NCBI GenBank assembly: GCA_026996855.1
Contig: JALWJZ010000069.1
Location: 31,628-95,627 of the forward strand
Source: Anaerolineales bacterium
GTDB taxonomy: Bacteria > Chloroflexota > Anaerolineae > Anaerolineales > DRMV01
DNA length: 64,000 nt
Direction of reading: 5' to 3'
Made by a program: the position numbers and the translations under genes. Below the pieces are notes generated by a model. It was not told the origin of the DNA, ran no database searches, and saw only the letters and a list, made by a program, of their open reading frames with translations. Shown in pieces: positions 18,428 through 27,211 of this stretch (the stretch's first letter is position 1; each line of letters opens with the position of its first letter).

Positions 18428-18856
18428 TTAGGGAGTTTGCACTGCAGCCGTTTCGGCAGCCAACTGAGCAAAGGTGGTGCTCTCCAACTCTTCTCGTAGG
18501 ATGCGCTGAAGCCGTATCCAACGACGTCGCACCGGACAGGTGGGCGCAAAGGGGCATACCTCCGGGTACTCGACGCATTCCGAAACCTGGGGCGGTTGCT
18601 CCACCGCGGTAATGACATCCCACAAAGTAATGCGCTCCGGCGAACGAGCCAGTTCCAGGCCGCCGCCTGCCCCCGGGTACGTGCGGACCAGGCCCGCCTG
18701 TGCCAGCGGCTTGAGCAAACGATACAACATCGGCAACGGAATGAGCATTTCCCGGCTCAGACGCTCGGCAGCCACCCGCGTCCCTTCCGGGTAACGGGCC
18801 AGCCCTAAAACCACCCGAATGGCATAATCCGTTCGCCGGTTGACCCAAAAACGCAT
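18428..18856 (-). CDS. Rrf2-family transcriptional regulator
   Basis: MRFWVNRRTDYAIRVVLGLARYPEGTRVAAERLSREMLIPLPMLYRLLKPLAQAGLVRTYPGAGGGLELAR is a typical Rrf2 wHTH. The C-terminal Cys cluster CVEYPEVCPFAPTCP suggests Fe-S ligation. An internal ATG at 18856 was chosen. Confidence 0.85.
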   Translation of the reverse strand: MRFWVNRRTDYAIRVVLGLARYPEGTRVAAERLSREMLIPLPMLYRLLKPLAQAGLVRTYPGAGGGLELARSPERITLWDVITAVEQPPQVSECVEYPEVCPFAPTCPVRRRWIRLQRILREELESTTFAQLAAETAAVQTP

Positions 18857-19041
18857 CTTACAACACGACCTTTCCAATTCTTGACCAAATTGGTCGAATT
18901 TGTCCAGGTAAAGTATACGAGCGAAGGCATCCTCCGCCGATATGACAAATGTCATGTTTTCAAGACGGCTCCCCATTCCTGAACCACATCCAGGGGCTGA
19001 AGCCAAACATGACCCGCGACCACAACGGATGCATACCAGAG

Positions 19042-19086
19042 ATAGATAATGTTGCAAGCGGCGAAGCCGCTTGCAACATTATCTAT
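19042..19086. repeat. perfect 21-bp inverted repeat with a GAA loop
   Basis: ATAGATAATGTTGCAAGCGGC-GAA-GCCGCTTGCAACATTATCTAT with no mismatch. It lies in a roughly 440-bp A/T-richer non-coding gap between the divergent Rrf2 operon and the GT39-like gene. Confidence 0.9.
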
Positions 19087-19294
19087 ATTCCTGCGTATTC
19101 CTGCGGCGGCCGACCGACGCGTCAGCCTTTGACCTCTTCGGCAACTCTTGAGTGCACCCACCAAAACCGTAATGCAGGGGGTGCTGTTTGAGATTTGGTA
19201 TGATTGCCTTTCGAAGGCCATCAGCCGCAAGGGTACGCCCAAAGGCCTACCTTCGAAATGGGACGAAGCCCTGTCCAAAAAGCGCGGTCCTACC

Positions 19295-20947
19295 ATGCTC
19301 AAGCCCTCTTCCCGGTTCCGCATGAAATACCTTCGCCTCCCGGCATGGCTCTGGCCCTTCCTGGTGGCTTTGGCGCTTCGGCTCATCGCGCTGGATATTC
19401 GACCCCTATGGTACGACGAAGCCTTTGGGGTGGTCCTGGCCCGGCAGGGCTGGGGAGGCATCGCCACGGCTACATGGCGGGCCTTGTTGCAGGGACATCG
19501 AGGGGAGCATCACACCCCCCTGTTCTATTTCCTCCTGTGGGGTTGGACGGAACTCTTCGGTGATGGCGTCGTCCAGGTACGGTTGCTCTCCGTGGTCTGG
19601 GGTATGGTCGCCTGGGCACTGGCCTGGAAGCTGGCCCACCGCTGGCTTTCGCCTTCCACGGCCCGCATGGCCGCCTGGATGGTAGCCCTTTCCCCTTTCC
19701 AAATCCACTACGCCCAAGAAGCCCGCATGTACAGCATGTTGGCCGCCGCCGCCCTGGGCCTGCTGTGGAGTTTTGAACAGGCGCGAACCACCGGCCGCCG
19801 CATTTGGTGGGTAGTCACGACCGGTTTCGGCATCCTGTTGCTCTACACCCACAACGCGGCCATCCTGTACCTGGCCGCCTGGGCGCCCCTGGCCTTTTAC
19901 ATCGCCCACAAGGAAAACCGGCTCGGTCCCCTGCTGGCCGCGGGGCTGGGCATGGGCCTGGCTTACCTTCCCTGGGCCTGGGTGTTGCGGGTTCAAGTGG
20001 GTCATGTAAAACAGGCCTACTGGATTCTCCCGCCCGGCCTGACCGAAATCCTGAACACGCTCCTGGCCTTCACCGTTCATGTTCCCATGCCCGGATGGAC
20101 GGCCATATCGGCTTTCGTCCTGACTATGGTCCTGCTGGCCGTGGGTTTGTGGCATACCTTGCGCCACTCTTCATCTCCCCGAACCCTTCTCATCGCCTTA
20201 TTGGCCCCCTGGGCCTTCATCTTTCTCTTTTCCCAATGGCTGCCCGTGTATCTGGTCCGGCTGCTGACCCCCCTGGGTATCCTCTACCTGTTCTGGCTGG
20301 CCTGGGCCTTGTGGGAGGCCGCCCCACGACGGGAAATCGGTCGCGTGTTGTTGGTGGTGTGGCTGCTGGCCGCGGGGCTGGGCATGGGGGTTCACCTCAC
20401 TTATCAGGGCTTTCCCTATGCACCCTTTCCCCAACTGGCGGCCTGGCTGGAAGCCCATCGCCAGGCCGGTGAGTGGATTGTGCATTCCAACAAACTCTCG
20501 TACCTGCCCATGCACTACATCGCACCACACCTGGAGCAGATGTACCTGCCCGACCCACCGGGAAGCGGCAGCGATACCCTTTCCCCCATGATGCAAAAGG
20601 GGCTGGGCATTCCCCCGCCCCTCAATCCCCAGGTTTTGGAAACCTACCAGAGCCGGATGTGGTTCCTGGTGTTCGAAAAGGAAATCCAGGACTATCACCG
20701 CCTGGGGCTGCCCCACCCCTACCTGGATGGTCCCCTGGCTCGCTTTTGCACCTCGGGTCCGGAACGCTGGGGCGATTTGCTGGTCTATGCCTTCCAGCCC
20801 TGCCCGCAAACCCGGTCCAACGAACCGTCCGCGGATGTCAAGGATGTTCAGGCGTCTTTGGGAAAGTGGTGCCAATCTGGGTGGCCACTTCCACCAAGCG
20901 CTGGGCGGCCCGCACGTAAGGCAGCAGGGCCATCAGATTCCCCTTGA
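19295..20947 (+). CDS. ArnT/PMT-like (GT39/GT83-type) membrane glycosyltransferase
   Basis: LPAWLWPFLVALALRLIALDIRPLWYDEAFGVVLA carries a DE-type motif in the first loop. The protein is polytopic throughout with a soluble tail. The start is uncertain (ATG 19295 or 19322). The 3' end overlaps the convergent SCP2 gene by about 110 nt. Confidence 0.6.
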   Translation: MLKPSSRFRMKYLRLPAWLWPFLVALALRLIALDIRPLWYDEAFGVVLARQGWGGIATATWRALLQGHRGEHHTPLFYFLLWGWTELFGDGVVQVRLLSVVWGMVAWALAWKLAHRWLSPSTARMAAWMVALSPFQIHYAQEARMYSMLAAAALGLLWSFEQARTTGRRIWWVVTTGFGILLLYTHNAAILYLAAWAPLAFYIAHKENRLGPLLAAGLGMGLAYLPWAWVLRVQVGHVKQAYWILPPGLTEILNTLLAFTVHVPMPGWTAISAFVLTMVLLAVGLWHTLRHSSSPRTLLIALLAPWAFIFLFSQWLPVYLVRLLTPLGILYLFWLAWALWEAAPRREIGRVLLVVWLLAAGLGMGVHLTYQGFPYAPFPQLAAWLEAHRQAGEWIVHSNKLSYLPMHYIAPHLEQMYLPDPPGSGSDTLSPMMQKGLGIPPPLNPQVLETYQSRMWFLVFEKEIQDYHRLGLPHPYLDGPLARFCTSGPERWGDLLVYAFQPCPQTRSNEPSADVKDVQASLGKWCQSGWPLPPSAGRPARKAAGPSDSP

Positions 20948-21269
20948 CCAACCGCAATTGCCCCCGCACCAAAGCGGGAATGGGGCCAACGTCGCCCGTC
21001 AACAGACGGTACCACACCGCCGCCGGGGCCTGTAAGACGTAATCCGCGGCTTCCACATCCTCCGGCCCGGCCACCCGCGCCTGCCGGCATCGGCCATGCC
21101 ACAGGTCCGCCAGCACATAGCGCGGCGTCTCCAGGCCGTAATCCGGGTCCGCCTCCATGACCAGGAGCAAACTCCCTTCCCACGTCCGGGCAACTCGGGC
21201 GTAGGTGGCATCCGCATTCAGGGCCTGGCACCAGCGCTCGGCCCATTCCGGGGTGAAGATTTCCGGCAT
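20838..21269 (-). CDS. SCP2 sterol-binding-domain protein
   Basis: MPEIFTPEWAERWCQALNADATYARVARTWEGSLLLVM...YVLQAPAAVWYRLLTGDVGPIPALVRGQLRLVKGNLMALLPY is the typical SCP-2-like small protein pattern. Confidence 0.65.
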   Translation of the reverse strand: MPEIFTPEWAERWCQALNADATYARVARTWEGSLLLVMEADPDYGLETPRYVLADLWHGRCRQARVAGPEDVEAADYVLQAPAAVWYRLLTGDVGPIPALVRGQLRLVKGNLMALLPYVRAAQRLVEVATQIGTTFPKTPEHP

Positions 21270-21327
21270 CGTTCTCTCCCAAGAGTGATATACTTTTTGC
21301 GGAACCCGCAGACAACGAGGTCGTTCG

Positions 21328-21822
21328 GTGCCTATTTTACGACCAAACGCGCTGGAATTCGTATCCCGTTCGCCGGAGCAAACCCGACGGGTAGGGATGC
21401 GTTTGGGCAGTCTGCTCCGAGCCGGGGATGTGATTGCTCTGGAGGGCCACCTGGGAAGCGGCAAAACCACCTTCATCCAGGGCATGGTTGCGGGCTGGGG
21501 TTCCACCGACCCGGTGACCAGCCCCACTTTTGTCCTGGTGAATGTGTACCGTCGGGGCGACGGCGCGCGTTTTTACCACCTGGATGCCTACCGTTTGAAC
21601 AACCCCCATGAACTCATGGCGTGGGACCTGGACGCCATGCTGGAAGAAGGTCCCCTGGCCGTGGAGTGGGCCGACAAAATCCGTGCCTGGCTACCCGAGG
21701 ACCGGCTCACCGTGCGCCTCTCCTGGTTAGCCGAAGAACAGCGTAATCTACTCTTCGAAGCGCAGGGGGCTCGCGCACTGTCCCTGCTCACCCAACTGCG
21801 CAAAGCCCTGTTAGGAGGCTGA
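21328..21822 (+). CDS. tsaE: tRNA t6A37 biosynthesis ATPase TsaE
   Basis: VIALEGHLGSGKTTFIQG (P-loop), SPTFVLVNVY, HLDAYRL. GTG start. Confidence 0.85.
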   Translation: MPILRPNALEFVSRSPEQTRRVGMRLGSLLRAGDVIALEGHLGSGKTTFIQGMVAGWGSTDPVTSPTFVLVNVYRRGDGARFYHLDAYRLNNPHELMAWDLDAMLEEGPLAVEWADKIRAWLPEDRLTVRLSWLAEEQRNLLFEAQGARALSLLTQLRKALLGG

Positions 21823-21825
21823 TCC

Positions 21826-22491
21826 GTGCTCCTCGCGCTGGATACATCCACCGAACACTTAGGGCTGGCCCTGTACGACGGCCAACAGGTCCGCAGCGAG
21901 GTGTGGTGGTACGCGGGTCGGCGCCACACCCAAACCCTGGCGCCCTGGATCCAACGCCTGCTGGAAGCCAACGGCCTCCAGGCCCGAGATTTGAAAGCCA
22001 TCGCCGTGGCCACCGGTCCGGGTTCCTTCACCGGCCTTCGGGCCGGCATGGCCGTGGCCAAGGCCATGGCCCTGGCCCTGGGGTTCCCCCTCATCGGGGT
22101 CTTCTCCCTGGACGTGGTCGTGGCCGGCATACCCCACCTTCCCCAGCATATGCTCCTGGCCCTGCTCCCCATGGGCCGGGGACGCCTGGCCGCGGGCTGG
22201 TACCGCTGGCGGCGCAACCACTGGCACGCGGAAGGCCCGCCTTTCCTGGTCACACCCGAAGAATTGCAAAGCATCATCACCGAACCCACGCTGGTAGCGG
22301 GCGAAATGCCTCCTTCGGCACGTACTCTGCTGGAACGGCACCCCCGGGCGCGATTGATGCCCCCTCCTCTGAACGTCCGTCGGGCCGGATGGCTGGCCTT
22401 CCTGGCCTGGGAACGCTTGCAAAAGGGATTGGTGGACGACCCCGTGACCCTGACCCCGTACTATCTGGGCGGACAGACCAAAAAACCTTGA
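21826..22491 (+). CDS. tsaB: tRNA t6A37 biosynthesis protein TsaB
   Basis: MLLALDTSTEHLGLALYDG...IAVATGPGSFTGLRAGMAVAKAMA. Adjacent to tsaE and rimI. Confidence 0.85.
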   Translation: MLLALDTSTEHLGLALYDGQQVRSEVWWYAGRRHTQTLAPWIQRLLEANGLQARDLKAIAVATGPGSFTGLRAGMAVAKAMALALGFPLIGVFSLDVVVAGIPHLPQHMLLALLPMGRGRLAAGWYRWRRNHWHAEGPPFLVTPEELQSIITEPTLVAGEMPPSARTLLERHPRARLMPPPLNVRRAGWLAFLAWERLQKGLVDDPVTLTPYYLGGQTKKP

Positions 22492-22556
22492 GAGGCTCAG
22501 GCCTTCGTTGTCCACGATTTCCGGTCGGAAGGGTTCCTTTTGCAAAGGGAAGGGCT

Positions 22557-23075
22557 ATGAAGACCTCAACCCAAACCGCGCAGCAAACCCGAAGGCTCCC
22601 TGTGCGCTTTCGCCTTCGGCCTGTACGCCGGGAAGACCTGGACTGGGTCGAAGCCCTGGAACGGGAACTCTGCCCGGACCCCTGGCCACGCGGGGCCTTT
22701 GAAACCCAAATGCGCAACCCGTACACCGAAATGTGGGTGGCGGTGGTGGAAGGGAATGAGGGTGGGAAAGAGCGCGTCATCGGTTATCTGGTGCTGTGGA
22801 TTCACGAGGACGCGGTGGAAGTGGCCAACATCGGCGTGGCGCAAGCGTACCAGGGCCGCAAGGTGGGGTCTGCTTTGTTAGAAAAAGCCCTGGACACCGC
22901 CCGACGCCTGGGGAAGACCTACGTGTATCTGGACGTGCGCATGGACAACCACAAGGCCTTGCAATGGTACCTGCGCCGCGGTTTTCAAATCGAACGGCGC
23001 CTGCCCCGCTATTACCGCATACCGCCCAACCGCTGGGAAGACGGCTTGCGCATGGTGAAGAAAATCGCGCCATGA
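22557..23075 (+). CDS. rimI: ribosomal-protein-alanine N-acetyltransferase (GNAT)
   Basis: IGVAQAYQGRKVGSALLEKAL is a GNAT acetyl-CoA motif, and the tsaE-tsaB-rimI context is conserved. An internal ATG at 22557 was chosen. Confidence 0.75.
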   Translation: MKTSTQTAQQTRRLPVRFRLRPVRREDLDWVEALERELCPDPWPRGAFETQMRNPYTEMWVAVVEGNEGGKERVIGYLVLWIHEDAVEVANIGVAQAYQGRKVGSALLEKALDTARRLGKTYVYLDVRMDNHKALQWYLRRGFQIERRLPRYYRIPPNRWEDGLRMVKKIAP

Positions 23076-23692
23076 ACCCGAAGGTATCTCCTTCTCCCGA
23101 AGACCTGCTGGAAGACCTGGCGCGAGCGATTCGCGCCTGCACCCGGTGCGGGCTGCACCGCACCCGTACCCAGGCCGTTCCCGGCGAAGGCCCGGCTTCG
23201 GCCCGCGTCATGCTGGTGGGCGAGGCTCCAGGCTTTCACGAAGACCGCACCGGACGGCCCTTCGTGGGTGCGGCCGGGCGCTTCCTGGACCGGCTCCTGG
23301 GGCTGGCCGGACTCGCCCGGAAGCAGGTTTTCATCACCAACATCGTGAAGTGCCGCCCGCCCCGCAACCGCGACCCCAAGCCCGAAGAAGTGGATGCCTG
23401 CAGCCCCTATTTGGAGCGCCAGTTGGCCCTTCTGGATCCGGCCGTCGTGGTCACTTTGGGACGCTTTGCCATGGCCTACTTCCTTCCCCAGGTCCGCATC
23501 AGCCAAGTGCACGGTCGGGCTTTTCGCCTTGGCTCCCGATGGCTGGTGCCCATGTACCATCCCGCGGCCGGGCTGTATCGCGAGGCCTTACGCCCGGTCA
23601 TCGAAGCCGACTTCCGCCAACTGGGGCAGTTCCTGCAACAGTGGGGCCTTGCCACCTTTGAAAAGGGAGCAACCGCACCAGAGGAAACGTGA
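23072..23692 (+). CDS. uracil-DNA glycosylase, family 4
   Basis: CTRCGLH...VMLVGEAPGFHEDRTGRPFVGAAGRFL...NIVKCRPP...HPAA carries the family 4 UDG motifs and Fe-S cysteines. Confidence 0.85.
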   Translation: MNPKVSPSPEDLLEDLARAIRACTRCGLHRTRTQAVPGEGPASARVMLVGEAPGFHEDRTGRPFVGAAGRFLDRLLGLAGLARKQVFITNIVKCRPPRNRDPKPEEVDACSPYLERQLALLDPAVVVTLGRFAMAYFLPQVRISQVHGRAFRLGSRWLVPMYHPAAGLYREALRPVIEADFRQLGQFLQQWGLATFEKGATAPEET

Positions 23693-23778
23693 ACGAATCC
23701 TGGCTGACCAAGGTGCTTTGCGCTCCCTCATCCCTTTTTCAGGTACAATGGAAGCGGGAACGCACACGGGAACCGACC

Positions 23779-25086
23779 ATGTTCAAAATCATCTTACACG
23801 ACCCTCGCCATATCCGGCCTTTCAACGAACCGGCCCGGGATTTGCGGGTGCAGAACAAACCCCTCTGGGCCTGGCAGCGGGATGTGCTGGCGCCCTATAC
23901 CACCCGGGAAATCACCCTTTTCCCCGGGCAGGGAATTCCTGCGCTCCAAGGAGAGGTGCTGGTCTACCGCGACAATCTGTTCTTCGACCGATATTTCATT
24001 GAGGCCTTTTTGGAAGAAGCCCGCAAACGCGACCGACCCAGTCGGGTAGCCTTTTCCCCCGACAATCCCGCTTTCACCGAACACATGCTTCCTCTCTCCC
24101 GCTCTTATACCCAACAGGGCGACCTGTATCTGGCCGACCTGTGGTACTACCCCAAGGGCGTGGTGCAGGAACCGGCGGAACCCCTGGTGGTGGACATGCA
24201 GGTGCAGGAAATCGGCTACCACCACGTTCCGCCTTACATGGCGCGCGAACTGGGCGACCTGACCTTCTACGTCCCCTTGCGCGGTTTCATCGCCATCGAT
24301 ACCTGGGTCCACATCCTTTTCGCCGATGTGGTCATGGGGCTGTTTGCCCGGGGAGCGCGGTTCGAGGCCCGTCTCAAACGCGACCCCTTGTTCAAACTGC
24401 GCATCCTGTTCAAGGCCATGCTGGAAGGCAAACAGGTGCTGCAATCCTCGGAACTGGTGAAAATCGGCAAGAACTGCGTCATCGACCCCAGTGCGGTGAT
24501 TCACGGCCCCACCACCATCGGCGACAACGTAACCATCGGTGCCGGCGTAGTCATCGACAACTGCATCATCGGCAACAACGTGAACATCTCCCAGGGGTGC
24601 CAGTTGTTGCTTTCCGTAGTGGGTGACGGCTCCTTCCTGCCCTTCCGGGCTTCCCTGTTCATGACCACCTTCATGGAAAACAGCACCGTGGCCCAAAACT
24701 CCTGTCTGCAACTGTGCGTGGTGGGGCGCAATTCCTTCGTGGGTGCAGGCACCACCTTCACCGATTTCAATCTGCTTTCCAAGCCCCTCAAGGTGCGCAA
24801 CGCCGACGGCCAACTGGAAGACACCAACTTCATCGTTTTGGGTAGCGCGGTGGGGCACAACTGCCGCATCGGCTCGGGCTTCGTGATCTACCCCGCTCGC
24901 ACCATCGAATCCGATGTGGTACTCATCGTGCGGGAAGACCGTCACGTCATCAAAAAGGACGTCACCTTCGAGGAAAGCGACCACCATCGGTGGCCGGACC
25001 ACCGACACCGACGCCTGTACCCTCGTGAGGGTGAAGAAGACCCGGAGGAGGGGAGCCATATCGCATCAGGACGTGGTTCCCTATGA
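23779..25086 (+). CDS. left-handed beta-helix (hexapeptide-repeat) protein of unknown function
   Basis: The C-terminal half is runs of hexapeptide repeats (IGKNCVIDPSAVIHGPTTIGDNVTIGAGVVIDNCIIGNNVNISQGC...). The N-terminal roughly 230 aa were not recognised. ATGA overlap with the next gene. Confidence 0.55.
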   Translation: MFKIILHDPRHIRPFNEPARDLRVQNKPLWAWQRDVLAPYTTREITLFPGQGIPALQGEVLVYRDNLFFDRYFIEAFLEEARKRDRPSRVAFSPDNPAFTEHMLPLSRSYTQQGDLYLADLWYYPKGVVQEPAEPLVVDMQVQEIGYHHVPPYMARELGDLTFYVPLRGFIAIDTWVHILFADVVMGLFARGARFEARLKRDPLFKLRILFKAMLEGKQVLQSSELVKIGKNCVIDPSAVIHGPTTIGDNVTIGAGVVIDNCIIGNNVNISQGCQLLLSVVGDGSFLPFRASLFMTTFMENSTVAQNSCLQLCVVGRNSFVGAGTTFTDFNLLSKPLKVRNADGQLEDTNFIVLGSAVGHNCRIGSGFVIYPARTIESDVVLIVREDRHVIKKDVTFEESDHHRWPDHRHRRLYPREGEEDPEEGSHIASGRGSL

Positions 25087-26204
25087 GCAGTTTTGCCTTC
25101 ATCATTCACCCCATCGACCCCAAACAGGATGTTGCCCGCAAATTCCCCTTGCTGGCCCGCATGCTTCCTGAGCGAGCCATTCATTTCCTTTCGGCTTACT
25201 TCCCGCCGGTGTACCTTTCCCGGGTGCGGGGCGTGGTTTCGCAACACACGGGCGAAGAACTCACCGGCCACCTCATCGCCTGCCCGCTGACCGCGCACCG
25301 GCTCCGCACCCTGCCCCTGGAACGGGCCTACGCCAAAATCATCCAGACCGGCCGGCTCGCGGAGCGCCTGGGCGTGGACATTTTGGGGCTGGGCGCGTTC
25401 ACCTCGGCCATCGGCGACGGGGGCATCACCGTTGCCAAAGCCCTGCGCATCCCGGTCACCACGGGCGACTCGTACACCGTGGCCTCCGCGGTGGAATTGG
25501 TGGAAGACGTGGTTCGCACCTACGACACCCCCCTCGATGCCCTCACCGTGGCCGTGGTGGGCGCCACGGGTGGTATCGGCCGGGCCGTGGCCTTGCTGTT
25601 GGCCCGCCGTGTGCACCGGCTGCTGGTTTTCAGCCGACGCCGCGCCGCGCTTCAGCACCTTCTGGAAGACCTGCAGGCCTATGCCCCCCACACTTCGCTG
25701 GAGGGCATCACCCGCCTGGAGGACTTGCACCGGGCCCACGTGGTGGTGAGCGCCACCGGCGCGACCTACGCTGTATTGCGCCCCCAATACCTCGCCCCTG
25801 GCACCGTGGTCATCGACATGGCCATCCCCCGGGATGCCACCGCCGCCCTGGCCAACCGCCGCGACCTGCTGGTGCTGGACGGCGGCCTGATACGAGTACC
25901 CGGGCCGGTGGACTTCGGCTTCAACTTTGGCCTTCCCCGCAAATTGGCTTATGCATGCATGGCCGAAACCATGATTCTCGCGCTCGAAAAGCGTTTTGAA
26001 TGTTATACTTTAGGCAAACGCATCGACCCGGAACGAGTATGGCAAATCCAACAGTGGGCGCATACGCACGGCTTTCGTTTGGCTGAGTGGTATGGCTTTG
26101 GCCGTCGCCTTCGGAAGACGCAAAAGGAGGCCTTTGGCGAAATTTGGCATCAACGCCTGAAACAGAAAAACCCGGCATCGTCCAGAAGGGCCTTGCCCGG
26201 CTGA
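25083..26204 (+). CDS. acyl-ACP-reductase-like (AAR family) NAD(P)-dependent dehydrogenase
   Basis: Collinear with cyanobacterial acyl-ACP reductase as recalled: F.FIIHP..., LGLGAFTSAIGDGG, TTGDSYTVA, VAVVGATGGIGRAV, ACMAETMILALE, and a C-terminal HGF. Confidence 0.6.
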   Translation: MSSFAFIIHPIDPKQDVARKFPLLARMLPERAIHFLSAYFPPVYLSRVRGVVSQHTGEELTGHLIACPLTAHRLRTLPLERAYAKIIQTGRLAERLGVDILGLGAFTSAIGDGGITVAKALRIPVTTGDSYTVASAVELVEDVVRTYDTPLDALTVAVVGATGGIGRAVALLLARRVHRLLVFSRRRAALQHLLEDLQAYAPHTSLEGITRLEDLHRAHVVVSATGATYAVLRPQYLAPGTVVIDMAIPRDATAALANRRDLLVLDGGLIRVPGPVDFGFNFGLPRKLAYACMAETMILALEKRFECYTLGKRIDPERVWQIQQWAHTHGFRLAEWYGFGRRLRKTQKEAFGEIWHQRLKQKNPASSRRALPG

Positions 26205-26283
26205 AAGTCAAATTCCGGGTTTGAAAACCGGGTTTTGAAAAATGCTTGGGTGCTTTTCCAACACCTCGTAAGGAGCAAAGACG

Positions 26284-27171
26284 ATGGAACACGCTCGCTT
26301 GCTCATCGTGGAAGATGACCCGGACATCGCCAACATGCTTCAAATGTACTTCAGCCGCCTGGGGTATCAGGTCGACGTGGCCATGCGCGGCAAAGAGGCG
26401 GTGGAAAAGAGCCGTCGTGAAATCCCCCACCTTATCATTCTGGACATCATGCTGCCGGACATCGACGGTTACGAAGTGTTTCGGGAAATCCGCTCCCACA
26501 TCCGCACCGCGCATGTTCCCGTCATCTTCCTGACCCAGCGGGACGAACGGGATGCCCGGCTCCAGGGCCTGGAAATGGGCGCGGACGATTACATCACCAA
26601 ACCTTTCGACATGGAAGAACTGCGCCTGCGGGTCAAGAACACCCTGGACCGCATCGAGCGGGAGCGCATGACCGACCCCCGAACCGGCCTACCTTCGGGC
26701 CGGGCGCTGGAAGAATACCTGCGGCAAATCTTGCATCGCAAAGACTGGGCCTTGCTGGACATTTGGATCCAACACTTCTACGAATTCCGCCAGGCCTATG
26801 GCTTCATGGCCGCAGACGACGTGCTCCGCTTCACCGCCCGCCTGCTCAACCAGGTGGTGAACCAATACGGTCGCCCCGAGGACTTCATCGGTCAGCCCGC
26901 GGATGCCAATTTCGTGGTCATCACCGGGGAAAACGAAGCCCTGCGCATTCGCGACGAACTCAAGGCCCGCTTTCGCGAGGCCATTCAAAGCCATTACCAC
27001 TTCCGAGACCGTCAACGAGGCTACCTGATTCTGAAAGAAGAGGACGGCACCGAACGCCACGTGCCCCTCATGTCCCTGGCCGTGGGTCTCGTCTTCGCTC
27101 GAGACCACGACTTCGCGGACATTCGGGAGATTGCCGAAATCGCTTCGGAAGCGCGACGGCGCGACATGTGA
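26284..27171 (+). CDS. response regulator: REC domain plus degenerate GGDEF domain
   Basis: REC: LLIVEDDPD...LIILDIMLPDIDG...KPF. GGDEF fold: DPRTGLPSGRAL...FMAADDVLRF. The active-site position reads ADANF instead of GG(D/E)EF, and an RxxD (RPED) sits 5 aa upstream. Confidence 0.8.
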   Translation: MEHARLLIVEDDPDIANMLQMYFSRLGYQVDVAMRGKEAVEKSRREIPHLIILDIMLPDIDGYEVFREIRSHIRTAHVPVIFLTQRDERDARLQGLEMGADDYITKPFDMEELRLRVKNTLDRIERERMTDPRTGLPSGRALEEYLRQILHRKDWALLDIWIQHFYEFRQAYGFMAADDVLRFTARLLNQVVNQYGRPEDFIGQPADANFVVITGENEALRIRDELKARFREAIQSHYHFRDRQRGYLILKEEDGTERHVPLMSLAVGLVFARDHDFADIREIAEIASEARRRDM

Positions 27172-27211
27172 AAACGCTGCACATGGGCTCCGAGGGGCCG
27201 TACCCCTGCCC

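Noticed and set aside
18949-19467. ORFs 18949-19191(+) and 18952-19467(-) in the long gap upstream of the Rrf2 operon.
   Set aside because: The translations are featureless, the ORFs span the perfect palindrome and overlap each other, and no RBS is evident. The region is treated as non-coding.
26215-26242. Tandem CCGGGTTTGAAAA / CCGGGTTTTGAAAAA direct repeat after the AAR-like gene, considered as a terminator or operator.
   Set aside because: Only a 4-bp CCGG/CCGG stem can form, and two copies of a 13-15-mer are not enough to call a regulatory site. It is left unannotated.
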